Of a stretch of 64,000 nucleotides of DNA, positions 1 to 8,566 are shown in pieces. The notes beneath the pieces are model-generated. The model did no database searches. It was not told the origin of the DNA and saw only the letters and a program-made list of their open reading frames with translations. Position numbers and translations under genes: made by a program. The stretch is from positions 1 through 64,000 of the IMG/VR virus record IMGVR_UViG_3300032272_000007; one strand, given 5' to 3'. Position 1 is the stretch's first letter. Each line of letters begins with the position of its first letter. This DNA comes from a virus. Taxonomy: Duplodnaviria > Caudoviricetes.

Positions 1-345
1 GAGCTTTTCTCCCGGGTCTAGCTTACCAACCTTGAAGCTGAGTAGCTCCTTGGTTAGCTCATTGACGCGATCCTGTAGGAGTTTATTTTCCTTTAGGATC
101 ACACTATTATGCAGCTTGGCCACTTGAAGTTTTTCAAAATAGATGTTCCCCAGCTCCTTCTTCACATCTTCCTCACTTATTTGCTCTAGCCAAAACACTG
201 GCTTAGGAGAGACGGACTTGAATTGGCCCTTCTCGAACCAGTCGGTTTTGACCATTCCATTTACCAGTATTACTGGAAAATAGCCAGTTATGCTCTTATC
301 TGGAAGTCGTTCGTTAACTGAAATTGATCTGTAAAATGTGTTCAT
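1..345 (-). CDS. Hypothetical phage protein, truncated at the window edge (N-terminus resembles DUF551-type 'ISVNERLP')
   Basis: ATG at 345, open to base 1 (MNTFYRSISVNERLPDKS...); not in the ORF track. Confidence 0.6.
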   Translation of the reverse strand, partial: MNTFYRSISVNERLPDKSITGYFPVILVNGMVKTDWFEKGQFKSVSPKPVFWLEQISEEDVKKELGNIYFEKLQVAKLHNSVILKENKLLQDRVNELTKELLSFKVGKLDPGEKL

Positions 346-362
346 ATCTGATTTTTTAGGGT

Positions 363-1832
363 CTAAAATGGTTGATCTTCATCCTTAGTATCACCAGTTA
401 CATCCCTTTTTGGGAAATCTTGGTCTCTCTTACCCGGTAGTGTGATTGTAAATTCAGTGTTTGGGGCTATTTGGGGAAATTGAGTTCCGGTATCCCAGTC
501 TTTCCAGTTAAGTGTTGGTCCTATGAATTTAGCTGAAACATCGTCAAGTCTCCCATTTCTATGTTTGGAGATGATAATTTCAGCGTAATTATTCAAAGGC
601 ATTCCGTCCTCACCGGTATCGAGCCCGTAATATTCAGGACGGAACAAGAACATCACTACATCAGCATCTTGTTCAATGGCTCCAGACTCTCTTAGATCGG
701 ACAGTTGGGGACGTTTGTTCCCTCCTCTGGTTTCTACAGCTCTACTTAGCTGAGACAGCTCAATAACTGGCACATTCAGCTCTTTGGCGATAATTTTTAT
801 ATTTCTACTGATTTCGGATATTTCCTGCTCTCGATTATGTTTCTTAAAGCTATCATGTCCCGACATCAATTGGAGGTAGTCTATTATAATCAATTTGATA
901 CCGTGCTTCATTTGCATTCTTCTGGCTTTTGCTCTTAATTCCAAAATGGTTATACCAGGACTGTCGTCAATGAATATCGGAGCATCCGCCACTTCACCCG
1001 CTTTTTCAATGTATTGTGGCCATTGGTGTTCTGACACCCTCTTTCTTCTTATATCTTCATAAGGAATTCCACTATGCTGAGAAATTAACCTATTGGTTAA
1101 CTGGATAGCTCCCATCTCCAGACTAAAGAAAGCTACTGGCTCCTGAAAGTCGATTGCTGCATTAAGAGCACATTGGAGAGCAAATGCGGTTTTTCCCATA
1201 CCTGGCCTAGCCGCAATTACAATCACATCGGTAGGTTGCCATCCTGCCGTTACCTTGTCGAGCGCCTTTATTCCAGATGGAACACCCGTTTCCTCCTGAT
1301 CGCTATTTTTACCATCCTCTACTTCTTGGATAGCTTGTGGAACCAGAGCCGCAACGGACTGGTAATCCTTGGCGACCGCCATATCAGAAAGATCAATCAC
1401 CAACCCCTCCAGTTTATCTACCTGCTTCCAGACATCGATAGTGTCCTCATAGGAGTCTTTCACGGCCTCACTAGCAACCCTGATCACTTCCCTTTTGATG
1501 GCCTGCTCTTTGATGATCATGGCGTGAGCCTCGATATTTGCGGAGGAGTTGACCTTTGCGGTTAGTTCAGCTACAATGTGAGCCCCACCAACGTGCTCCA
1601 ACTGCCCTGTTTTACGCAGCTGATGAACTACCGTCTTCATGTCAACTGGTGCGCCTGAACGATAGAGATCATAAATCGCCTGAGCAATCGATTTGTTCAC
1701 GTCTTTGTAGAACATCTCAGGAGAGATCCTATCTATAATTAGACCAACAGCGCCCTTCTCCAACATCATGGCTCCAAGTATTGGCTCTTCTAGTTCTACG
1801 GCCTGTGGAGGTAATTTTCCTAGAGTCGTCAT
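363..1832 (-). CDS. dnaB: Replicative DNA helicase DnaB
   Basis: N-terminal 'LPPQAVELEEPILGAMM', Walker A AARPGMGKT, IIIDYLQLM, LSQLSRAVETR, SDLRESGAIEQDAD. Confidence 0.97.
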   Translation of the reverse strand: MTTLGKLPPQAVELEEPILGAMMLEKGAVGLIIDRISPEMFYKDVNKSIAQAIYDLYRSGAPVDMKTVVHQLRKTGQLEHVGGAHIVAELTAKVNSSANIEAHAMIIKEQAIKREVIRVASEAVKDSYEDTIDVWKQVDKLEGLVIDLSDMAVAKDYQSVAALVPQAIQEVEDGKNSDQEETGVPSGIKALDKVTAGWQPTDVIVIAARPGMGKTAFALQCALNAAIDFQEPVAFFSLEMGAIQLTNRLISQHSGIPYEDIRRKRVSEHQWPQYIEKAGEVADAPIFIDDSPGITILELRAKARRMQMKHGIKLIIIDYLQLMSGHDSFKKHNREQEISEISRNIKIIAKELNVPVIELSQLSRAVETRGGNKRPQLSDLRESGAIEQDADVVMFLFRPEYYGLDTGEDGMPLNNYAEIIISKHRNGRLDDVSAKFIGPTLNWKDWDTGTQFPQIAPNTEFTITLPGKRDQDFPKRDVTGDTKDEDQPF

Positions 1833-2674
1833 TTCTTATTATCTCTCAAATGTGCTGGAACGTAACCAGAGGTACCATCCCTTGGATCGTTAATCGCTTG
1901 ATTAAGGTATACAGGAAACTTGTCTGGTTTTAAGATTGTCTCCATGGTCACAAACTGTTTCATTTTTTCATCTTCACCCCAAACCTTATGGAGGTATGTG
2001 AATACTGTTTTTACTTGCTTCGGTGTGACGTTTCCATCGCGTACAAGATCTCGTATGTTACGCTCAATGATGTTGTTTAGAATTACCTGCTTGTTGGTGA
2101 TCTCCGTGAAAGTTCTAGTCCACCATTCAATATCAATAGGTTTTTTGCTTGAGGATTCAGATCCTTTGATGTTTTCTTTGAATCTTTCTTGAGCATCTGG
2201 CATGTCCGGGATCTCGTGGCCAATTTTGACATCCACACCAAATCTATCCAAAACGTCTGGGTCAATTGACCGCAAAAAACTCATGTACTCTGGCTCATTG
2301 TTGAAGGTTTCTTGGTAGGAAAACAACAACTTCATGATGGGCGCATGAGCCCAATCTTTGGACGATCCAAAATTTTTCTGATCATACTTTAGGAAGTGGG
2401 TTATCCAGATGACGTTGTTTACTTTAACAAACCCTCGGTGCTCTTTCCCCCCATTAATAGACTTGGGTTTGGATAGACTCTCCAGAGCGGAGGTATAGTC
2501 CTCTTCGGCGCAGTTGATGATAATCGAGTCCATGGTTGGATCCGCTACCTTGTAAAAACCAGACTTATCGCAGTTATCCCAAAGGAAGTCATACACTACC
2601 TTCTCCATCGGACTCAGCTGGCGGTGCCGCTTGTCCTTCCATTTTTGATTGTCGCTTATTCTCATCGTACACAT
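1829..2674 (-). CDS. Phage replication initiator-like protein
   Basis: Coupled to dnaB; N-terminal wHTH-like region; C-terminal 'FVTMETILKPDKFPVYLNQ' resembles the conserved phage replisome-organiser C-terminus; start could be 2665. Confidence 0.65.
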   Translation of the reverse strand: MCTMRISDNQKWKDKRHRQLSPMEKVVYDFLWDNCDKSGFYKVADPTMDSIIINCAEEDYTSALESLSKPKSINGGKEHRGFVKVNNVIWITHFLKYDQKNFGSSKDWAHAPIMKLLFSYQETFNNEPEYMSFLRSIDPDVLDRFGVDVKIGHEIPDMPDAQERFKENIKGSESSSKKPIDIEWWTRTFTEITNKQVILNNIIERNIRDLVRDGNVTPKQVKTVFTYLHKVWGEDEKMKQFVTMETILKPDKFPVYLNQAINDPRDGTSGYVPAHLRDNKK

Positions 2675-2990
2675 TGATTTTTACACCGTTACGAATCAGG
2701 AACGGCATCCTGTTAAATTTTCTTGCTGCATTCCTCAAGTTGATTGCGAGAACGTATTCGTTATCTGGATCATGCCAAGCCTCTTGCTTTTTACTGGTAG
2801 TGCCAGTGTCAAAGTTAACCTGGTGGTTAACTTTTGAGATCTCCACCATACCAAACTTGAATGTTCGTTCGTTGAAGAAGTAGAGGTTTGCTCCCTTTGG
2901 GACGACAATATGACCTATGTGGGTTTTCTCCTTCCTCTGGTCAACTACCTCTTCAACTCGATCCTCATGTTTTGGCTCTAGGTCTTTCAT
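2589..2990 (-). CDS. Hypothetical protein (MKDLEPKHED...)
   Basis: Start moved to ATG 2990, which sits in the recurrent CCAAAGAAGCAATG junction. Confidence 0.65.
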   Translation of the reverse strand: MKDLEPKHEDRVEEVVDQRKEKTHIGHIVVPKGANLYFFNERTFKFGMVEISKVNHQVNFDTGTTSKKQEAWHDPDNEYVLAINLRNAARKFNRMPFLIRNGVKINVYDENKRQSKMEGQAAPPAESDGEGSV

Positions 2991-3079
2991 TGCTTCTTTG
3001 GAAGAAAGTCCCATTTCTTTACAGAGAATGACCTTGGGGTTATGTTCTTGTCGAACGTCCATTTGACAGTCTTGTCCAT
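2987..3079 (-). CDS. 30-aa ORF MDKTVKWTFDKNITPRSFSVKKWDFLPKKQ
   Basis: Starts in junction J2; its TGA overlaps the next ATG in junction J1. Confidence 0.5.
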   Translation of the reverse strand: MDKTVKWTFDKNITPRSFSVKKWDFLPKKQ

Positions 3080-3088
3080 GTTCTATTG

Positions 3089-3406
3089 TTAAAATGCAGT
3101 CGTTGCGATTAGGTCGGGTGTTGAGTAATCCTCTAATACCCTTTCAAAGGAGCAAATAATCTTGTACCCGCATGAGTAATCATCTTCATTATAGGATTCG
3201 TCCTGATCCTCTTCATCTGGTTCTGAGTCTTCAATGTCTAGTAGATAGCTGGTTTTTAATTCAGCTTTCTTTAGCCTCCTGACTCGCTTACGATCTGTCG
3301 GATCAGAGCAAGTGGTACTCTCGTGGTGCTGTAAAGCCTCATCCTTGCTATTAGCAAGGACCCAATCCTTTTCGCCGTCAAAATCAAATTCGTAAATTGC
3401 TTTCAT
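3089..3406 (-). CDS. Hypothetical protein
   Basis: 105-aa ORF in the operon, natural composition. Confidence 0.7.
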   Translation of the reverse strand: MKAIYEFDFDGEKDWVLANSKDEALQHHESTTCSDPTDRKRVRRLKKAELKTSYLLDIEDSEPDEEDQDESYNEDDYSCGYKIICSFERVLEDYSTPDLIATTAF

Positions 3407-3409
3407 GTT

Positions 3410-3640
3410 CTATTGTTCTAGTAAGTCCCGTGGGTCAAGGAATTCTTCACTATAAGAATCTACACTGTAGCTATCCGAACACTCCATCTTTAAGACCCTA
3501 CCAATTGATGTCCACCTTTCATTATACCAAATGTCTTTAGGCCACGAAACCCCATTAGCGTCCCGCTGTGCGGTACCGCCAAACTCTCTTCTTCCTGGTT
3601 CAATTGTAATAACGCAAAACCTATACTGCGACTCTTTCAT
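3410..3640 (-). CDS. Hypothetical cassette-like protein ending DLLEQ
   Basis: Framed by junctions J1 and J2. Confidence 0.7.
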   Translation of the reverse strand: MKESQYRFCVITIEPGRREFGGTAQRDANGVSWPKDIWYNERWTSIGRVLKMECSDSYSVDSYSEEFLDPRDLLEQ

Positions 3641-3719
3641 TGCTTCTTTGGTTTAATTAATTCAACATGCTTAAAAATATTTCTAAGCTCAATTATTTGG
3701 CTTTCATAAAAGTAAGGAG

Positions 3720-4148
3720 CTACATGTCCTCATTCTCCTTTTGGAGCTGCTGGATTTTGGATTGTTGCTCTTCAATCTTCATGGAACTCAAATTGGTCCC
3801 TTTGTAAAGTTTAACCTCCCCCTCCAACCGCTGTACCTCCTTGCGGAGTTTTTTGATTTCAATATTCTCTAAATCAACCTCAGCATCTGCACGACCTAAT
3901 GAATATGAATTAGCCTTTTCTTCCTCACGTAGCTTCATATTTGCGCCACGCAAATCGCTATTCTCTACCTCTTCCAATCCTCTATTAGCTTCTGAATCTT
4001 GGAGTTTATTCCGTAGCTCTGCGGTTTGGGATTCGAGCCAAGTAGAATATCTATTGCCTGACTCGGCGATCAATACAAATGATTCATCTTTATTGATTTT
4101 TTTACGATACTCGCTTCTTATCTTTTCAATCTCCTTACTCTTTTCCAT
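3720..4148 (-). CDS. Coiled-coil protein, paralog of 8049..8561
   Basis: Shares ESQTAELRNKLQDSEANRGLEEVENSDLRGANMKL and EVxRLEGE with 8049..8561. Confidence 0.75.
   Translation of the reverse strand: MEKSKEIEKIRSEYRKKINKDESFVLIAESGNRYSTWLESQTAELRNKLQDSEANRGLEEVENSDLRGANMKLREEEKANSYSLGRADAEVDLENIEIKKLRKEVQRLEGEVKLYKGTNLSSMKIEEQQSKIQQLQKENEDM
3931..4035. repeat. 105-bp exact direct repeat, copy 1
   Basis: Identical to 8332..8436 by base-by-base comparison. Confidence 0.95.
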
Positions 4149-4149
4149 A

Positions 4150-4362
4150 TCAATTAGTCTTTAGGTTCAGGGATTTTATCACAGCCGTAGTGTGCTCCTC
4201 TAATTCTCTTTCGAACCTTTGGTTGAGTTCTTTCATAACAGAGAGTCTACCACTAGCGTATGCCACTTTGTGCTCCTTCCAAAACCTATTCGCAAATAGC
4301 TTCTCCTCCTGCTTTATGTACGCGTGGATTGAATCAAATTTTGTTTCTATCTCTTTGCTCAT
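4150..4362 (-). CDS. Hypothetical protein (MSKEIE...)
   Basis: ORF bounded on both sides by junction J3. Confidence 0.7.
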   Translation of the reverse strand: MSKEIETKFDSIHAYIKQEEKLFANRFWKEHKVAYASGRLSVMKELNQRFERELEEHTTAVIKSLNLKTN

Positions 4363-4473
4363 ATCAATTAGTCTTTAATTTGAACTGTTCGGGATTTCCG
4401 AACAGTTGGATTCTCTGTTCTCATTACTCGTCTTTAGGGGGTTTTGGAGTTGTTATCCATGTTATTATATCTT

Positions 4474-5016
4474 TCATCCTTCCTTAATTTTTACCCAACC
4501 GTATTCTATTAAGTCCTCAATTGACAATCCCATCCAAGGTAAAGCGTAGCCTTTGGAGCGGAGGTGGTCAACAATTCTTATGTAGGAAACGCCATCATTT
4601 ATATTACTACCTACCTCTCCAATATTCCTCTTATAAGTGACCTTTTTTTCTCTGTGCTTTTTTTCTGGAAAAGTGGTTGAGGTATTAATGCAGCCGTATT
4701 TGTTTATCATACAGTATCTCATAATGTCTAAGTTGTCATGCGACTCCATCCAAACACCCCAATCATCACGGCGTGTTATTTTCCAATCGTATCTACCTTG
4801 TAAAAAAGCAAGGTGAGCCACCTCAATAGCGTCCTCGTCACTTATAGAGGATAGGGAAGTGAGTTCTAAGTAAGATTCTTCGAATAAATCCTTCTTTTTG
4901 AAGAGGTAATATGATACATCATTAGCGCTTCCCCATATTTTAACAGGCAAGACTCTTTGCCCCCAATACTGAGCGAAAAACTTTGCTTTGTTCTCTGGTG
5001 TGTTCTCTGCTTTCAT
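4474..5016 (-). CDS. Hypothetical phage protein
   Basis: 180-aa ORF with A-rich start context. Confidence 0.75.
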   Translation of the reverse strand: MKAENTPENKAKFFAQYWGQRVLPVKIWGSANDVSYYLFKKKDLFEESYLELTSLSSISDEDAIEVAHLAFLQGRYDWKITRRDDWGVWMESHDNLDIMRYCMINKYGCINTSTTFPEKKHREKKVTYKRNIGEVGSNINDGVSYIRIVDHLRSKGYALPWMGLSIEDLIEYGWVKIKEG

Positions 5017-5034
5017 TGTTCTTATTGGTTTGGG

Positions 5035-5160
5035 TTAACTGGGTATGTATGATTCGTTTGAATGCCAAAATTCAATGTGATTGTAATGATCATTTATCTG
5101 CATGCTGATAAGGCCGCAGTATGGACAATGGTGTCCTGGTTCTTTCTCTTCCTTACTCAT
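5035..5160 (-). CDS. 41-aa putative C2H2 zinc-finger peptide
   Basis: MSKEEKEPGHHCPYCGLISMQINDHYNHIEFWHSNESYIPS has C-x2-C-x12-H-x4-H spacing; start in junction J5. Confidence 0.55.
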   Translation of the reverse strand: MSKEEKEPGHHCPYCGLISMQINDHYNHIEFWHSNESYIPS

Positions 5161-5185
5161 TTGGTTCTGCTTTTTGGGTTCCAAA

Positions 5186-5392
5186 TCAAAACGGAATAGT
5201 ATACACCTTAAAATTAGTGTCGGTCAAGGCATCTGCTTTTATCGTTCTCAAATGCCCATTGCAAAAAATGTCTGTACCAAAAGTTTCAAACATATAATTC
5301 ACTTGGTCTTTATTAAAAATAGTGTTCCACGCAGGAACTCTTGAAAAGTTTCTGCGATTCCTATCTACATCTTGTTTCTCTGAATTATTCAT
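5186..5392 (-). CDS. Hypothetical protein (MNNSEKQ...)
   Basis: ATG at 5392 is more plausible than the upstream TTG. Confidence 0.65.
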   Translation of the reverse strand: MNNSEKQDVDRNRRNFSRVPAWNTIFNKDQVNYMFETFGTDIFCNGHLRTIKADALTDTNFKVYTIPF

Positions 5393-5408
5393 AATTTCTA
5401 ATTTTCGT

Positions 5409-5643
5409 TTACGCCTGCTCAAACATTTCCAGTTTCGATTTGAGGTATTTTGTCACCACTTCTTTCTGGTTGTCTTCAAGGTCATCCGTCACATTGATTT
5501 CATTGAGCAACTTTCCTATTGCCCCCCCACCTGGAAGTCATAGGCTGTTCGTTGATCGTGTCCAAAAGAGTCCATATTGATACTCTCGCCTCTACTTCTT
5601 GTTCTACATTTACTAATACTTCGATTTCGTCCATCATTGTCAT
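5409..5643 (-). pseudogene. 77-aa gene frameshifted at a G7 tract
   Basis: 235 nt (3n+1); deleting one G at 5522-5528 restores MTMMDEIEV...SRWGAIGKLLNEINVTDDLEDNQKEVVTKYLKSKLEMFEQA. Confidence 0.75.
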
Positions 5644-5668
5644 TTTGGTTCTGCTTTTAAAAAGTCGT

Positions 5669-5902
5669 CTATGGTGTAACCGAAGTATAATCGTCTATTT
5701 TCCTACCCATCCAATGACATAAAGTAGCCATTTTCTCAACGGTTAATGTGTTCCCAGCGAATGCCCTGCTCACTGTTGGGTGGCTAACACCCGATAGTTC
5801 GGCTATTTTTCTTACTGATAGATTTTCCTTCAGCCTGAATTGCTCAGCGTGTTTCCAATCGTTAAGATCGTCCTTGAACTTGTCTTTATCTATTTTAACC
5901 AT
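5669..5902 (-). CDS. XRE-family HTH transcriptional regulator
   Basis: LSVRKIAELSGVSHPTVSRAFAG...EKMATLCHWMG. Confidence 0.85.
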   Translation of the reverse strand: MVKIDKDKFKDDLNDWKHAEQFRLKENLSVRKIAELSGVSHPTVSRAFAGNTLTVEKMATLCHWMGRKIDDYTSVTP

Positions 5903-6220
5903 GAAACAAATATAATCATTAATGAAACACAATTCCAACTTTCTTTCAAAAAACTTTAGGCATTGTATACAGTCCGTTAAGGGTGGCGTGGTCGTAGCGT
6001 ATCAATACACAGCCGTAACTCATTGTGTCGGTCGTTGACGTACTCAATTCTATCGTCGAACAGGAGGAAGCTACGTTTATCAACAAAGTAGAATTTAGGA
6101 GTATGTCATATCTTATTTGCGCTTCCTGTGAATGGTGTTGAGTCGTCTATGTGCATTGACTTTGCAGCCTTAAAGATCCTTATGTCTAAGTATCCGTGCA
6201 CCGTAACTTTTTCAAAGTTA

Positions 6221-6580
6221 TTATGTTAAAGGAAATTCATGGGGTAGTATTGTACTCCAAGTTTTTCCACCTTCAATTTTCTCTGGCTTCCAATCGGATG
6301 GTATGGTTTTAGCGAATAGTAAAGCCATATCTATATTCCAGAATAATCCAAGTTGCTGAACTTCATGTTGCTGAACTTCATCTTTATTTTTGTGGTTGTC
6401 TTCAATTTTTGCAACTACATAAAGCCCTGTTTGTTCATCTTCCGCTTTGCAAATTAATACACACTCATGTACATCATAAGCAGGATTGTCTTGTGTTGGA
6501 ATTTCTCCAAAAGTCTGTGTTCTAAAATCTACTATTTCCATTGGTAATAATTTATTAAGTTTATTAATTGATTTATCCAT
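6221..6580 (-). CDS. Hypothetical protein
   Basis: 119-aa ORF; start follows junction J4. Confidence 0.7.
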   Translation of the reverse strand: MDKSINKLNKLLPMEIVDFRTQTFGEIPTQDNPAYDVHECVLICKAEDEQTGLYVVAKIEDNHKNKDEVQQHEVQQLGLFWNIDMALLFAKTIPSDWKPEKIEGGKTWSTILPHEFPLT

Positions 6581-6644
6581 TGCAGCTTCTTTTATGGTTT
6601 GGTTTCATTTCATTCGTGTTTAGTTACCAGCTAATCCGAAAGAA

Positions 6645-7022
6645 TTAAAAAGCAAAGCCGTCGCACAAATACACATTATCATTGCCTTTGCCTGTTCCAA
6701 ATTCAGGATTACCATCGCATTCGATAGGGTGCTTGGAACAGGTATCACATAAATTTAGTTTCTCCTTATTTCGTTTCAGCGCCTCCTCCTTTGTTAGCCC
6801 TCCGTGTCCTACACAAGCTAACCCAGAAACAAACCCACCATAAGTTCCATCTAAAAATAGACGCTCACCAGTGTAAGGGTCATTGGAATACTTACCGCCT
6901 TTGTGTTTACTGTATGCGGGTTTGTCGCAAAGGCCATCTGGGCATCCACCGCTCCACATTGGTACAGAACATTTCCCCTCTCCTTTTCCGTTCACATGAT
7001 TGTGATTTTTATCTGATGCCAT
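6645..7022 (-). CDS. Cys-rich hypothetical protein
   Basis: Multiple Cys, including CxxC. Confidence 0.7.
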   Translation of the reverse strand: MASDKNHNHVNGKGEGKCSVPMWSGGCPDGLCDKPAYSKHKGGKYSNDPYTGERLFLDGTYGGFVSGLACVGHGGLTKEEALKRNKEKLNLCDTCSKHPIECDGNPEFGTGKGNDNVYLCDGFAF

Positions 7023-7072
7023 AATATTTGCTTTTTAATTTGTGTTTTCAATTTAAGTTAAGCCGTGTTTCA

Positions 7073-7450
7073 CTATTCCACGCCTCTTTTACCTCTTCTT
7101 TCATTATTTCGTTTCATGGTTGGTGATAGAACCTTAAAACATTCCTTGCAAAACCAATTTGAATCATCGTCTTGAGTCATATTGTCAACATTAAGTTCTT
7201 TGTTGCATGAAGTGCATTTCATTGAACACTCTTCTGCTTCTAGTAAGTCCACATGAAATGAGTGACGCTCTTTGACTCCTAAATCATCTAAGTGATCGCT
7301 CACAACATTGTAATAATTATTTTGTTCGTCCCTGTATTTGTCGGTGTCGAAAGCAAAAGTTCCCTCTACAAAATCCTCAATTCTGAATCTGGTTTTACCG
7401 TTAACTATCGGCCTCTTTTTGTAGTAGTGATATTTTAGATTTTTTATCAT
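7073..7450 (-). CDS. Hypothetical protein with C-terminal Zn ribbon
   Basis: CTSC...WFCKEC. Confidence 0.7.
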   Translation of the reverse strand: MIKNLKYHYYKKRPIVNGKTRFRIEDFVEGTFAFDTDKYRDEQNNYYNVVSDHLDDLGVKERHSFHVDLLEAEECSMKCTSCNKELNVDNMTQDDDSNWFCKECFKVLSPTMKRNNERRGKRGVE

Positions 7451-7462
7451 GACAGTATTGGT

Positions 7463-7708
7463 TTATTGTTCTAGTAAGTCAGGGGTCAACTCTTTGAAAA
7501 TGTGAGGAAACCAAACTACTGGATAGTCACAATCCAATATCTTAACCGTCTGCAATTCATCTGTATAAAGTTGTCCCGTTCTCCTTCCTACGAAAGATGG
7601 TCTGATATTGTAATCCACATTGACTTTCTCACCAGCTTCACGCCTCCAATCTGAACCCATTACAGAAATAGGCTGATTCAATGTTAATTTATTGGGTAGC
7701 TCTCTCAT
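7463..7708 (-). CDS. Hypothetical cassette-like protein ending DLLEQ
   Basis: Framed by junctions J1 and J2. Confidence 0.7.
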   Translation of the reverse strand: MRELPNKLTLNQPISVMGSDWRREAGEKVNVDYNIRPSFVGRRTGQLYTDELQTVKILDCDYPVVWFPHIFKELTPDLLEQ

Positions 7709-7720
7709 TGCTTCTTTGGT

Positions 7721-8038
7721 TTAATTAATTCTTTTCTTCAACTCATCACAGTAGCAGAGGAAGGAGAATTTTATAGTCTTGGATGAAAAATCTTGTGTAC
7801 TGTCTGTGATCGCTAAGTAATAATCTCTCTCACCTCTGGCAGTCTTTCCATGAAGCAAGTCGCCGTATTTAATTCCACCAAAATTTTGTACAGGCATTAC
7901 ATGACTACCTTTACCAGTGTTATAATCCAATCCGCTTTTAGCGTCCCATATTGTCAATGGATAATTGACCTCTAACATGTCACCCGCCTTCTCTGTACAG
8001 ATTCCACCCTTAGATATTTTGTCTGCTCTTACTTTCAT
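7721..8038 (-). CDS. Hypothetical protein
   Basis: 105-aa ORF between J4 and J1. Confidence 0.7.
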   Translation of the reverse strand: MKVRADKISKGGICTEKAGDMLEVNYPLTIWDAKSGLDYNTGKGSHVMPVQNFGGIKYGDLLHGKTARGERDYYLAITDSTQDFSSKTIKFSFLCYCDELKKRIN

Positions 8039-8048
8039 CTCTCTTCTT

Positions 8049-8561
8049 TTATGGTTTGGTTAGGAGGGCTTCGAATCTCATTTTCATTTTTGCTATGCGA
8101 TCAGTGTAATCAGTGCGCCAAATCTTTTCCTCATTTTTAATCCCTTTTCGTAACCGAGTGTTCTCCTTTTGCAGCTGCTTGATTTTCTGGTCCCTCTCTG
8201 CTTTTTCTATTGCGTGACCTAAAATTAGTTTTCCATTCTCCCCCTCCAACCGCTCTACTTCCTTCCTTTCCTTTTCCAGAAGTCCAGATAAAAGTGAGTT
8301 TTGAGAATCAAGTTCGGTTAGTTCCTTGAGGAGCTTCATATTTGCGCCACGCAAATCGCTATTCTCTACCTCTTCCAATCCTCTATTAGCTTCTGAATCT
8401 TGGAGTTTATTCCGTAGCTCTGCGGTTTGGGATTCGGCGAATGTTGGACCATTATAAAAGTGAAACATTTCGTTTATGATCACCCTGCAAGGGGTATCCC
8501 CATACATAGCTTCCCACTGCTTTAAATCATTAGTGTATTCCTTATCTATCTCTTTGCTCAT
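8049..8561 (-). CDS. Coiled-coil protein, paralog of 3720..4148
   Basis: Shares the 105-bp exact repeat; starts in J3, ends in J4. Confidence 0.75.
   Translation of the reverse strand: MSKEIDKEYTNDLKQWEAMYGDTPCRVIINEMFHFYNGPTFAESQTAELRNKLQDSEANRGLEEVENSDLRGANMKLLKELTELDSQNSLLSGLLEKERKEVERLEGENGKLILGHAIEKAERDQKIKQLQKENTRLRKGIKNEEKIWRTDYTDRIAKMKMRFEALLTKP
8332..8436. repeat. 105-bp exact direct repeat, copy 2
   Basis: Identical to 3931..4035. Confidence 0.95.
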
Positions 8562-8566
8562 ATCAA

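Noticed and set aside
5977-6220. In-frame TGA (6106-6108) between two protein-like segments, suggesting stop-codon reassignment as in some crAss-like phages
   Set aside because: All core genes are intact in the standard code, many genes end in coupled ATGA stops and there is no suppressor tRNA. More likely a decayed ORF.
6221-6231. TTATGTTAAA (XerD arm of dif) here and at about 20780
   Set aside because: No convincing XerC arm at 6-bp spacing; both overlap gene ends and are AT-rich, so probably chance.
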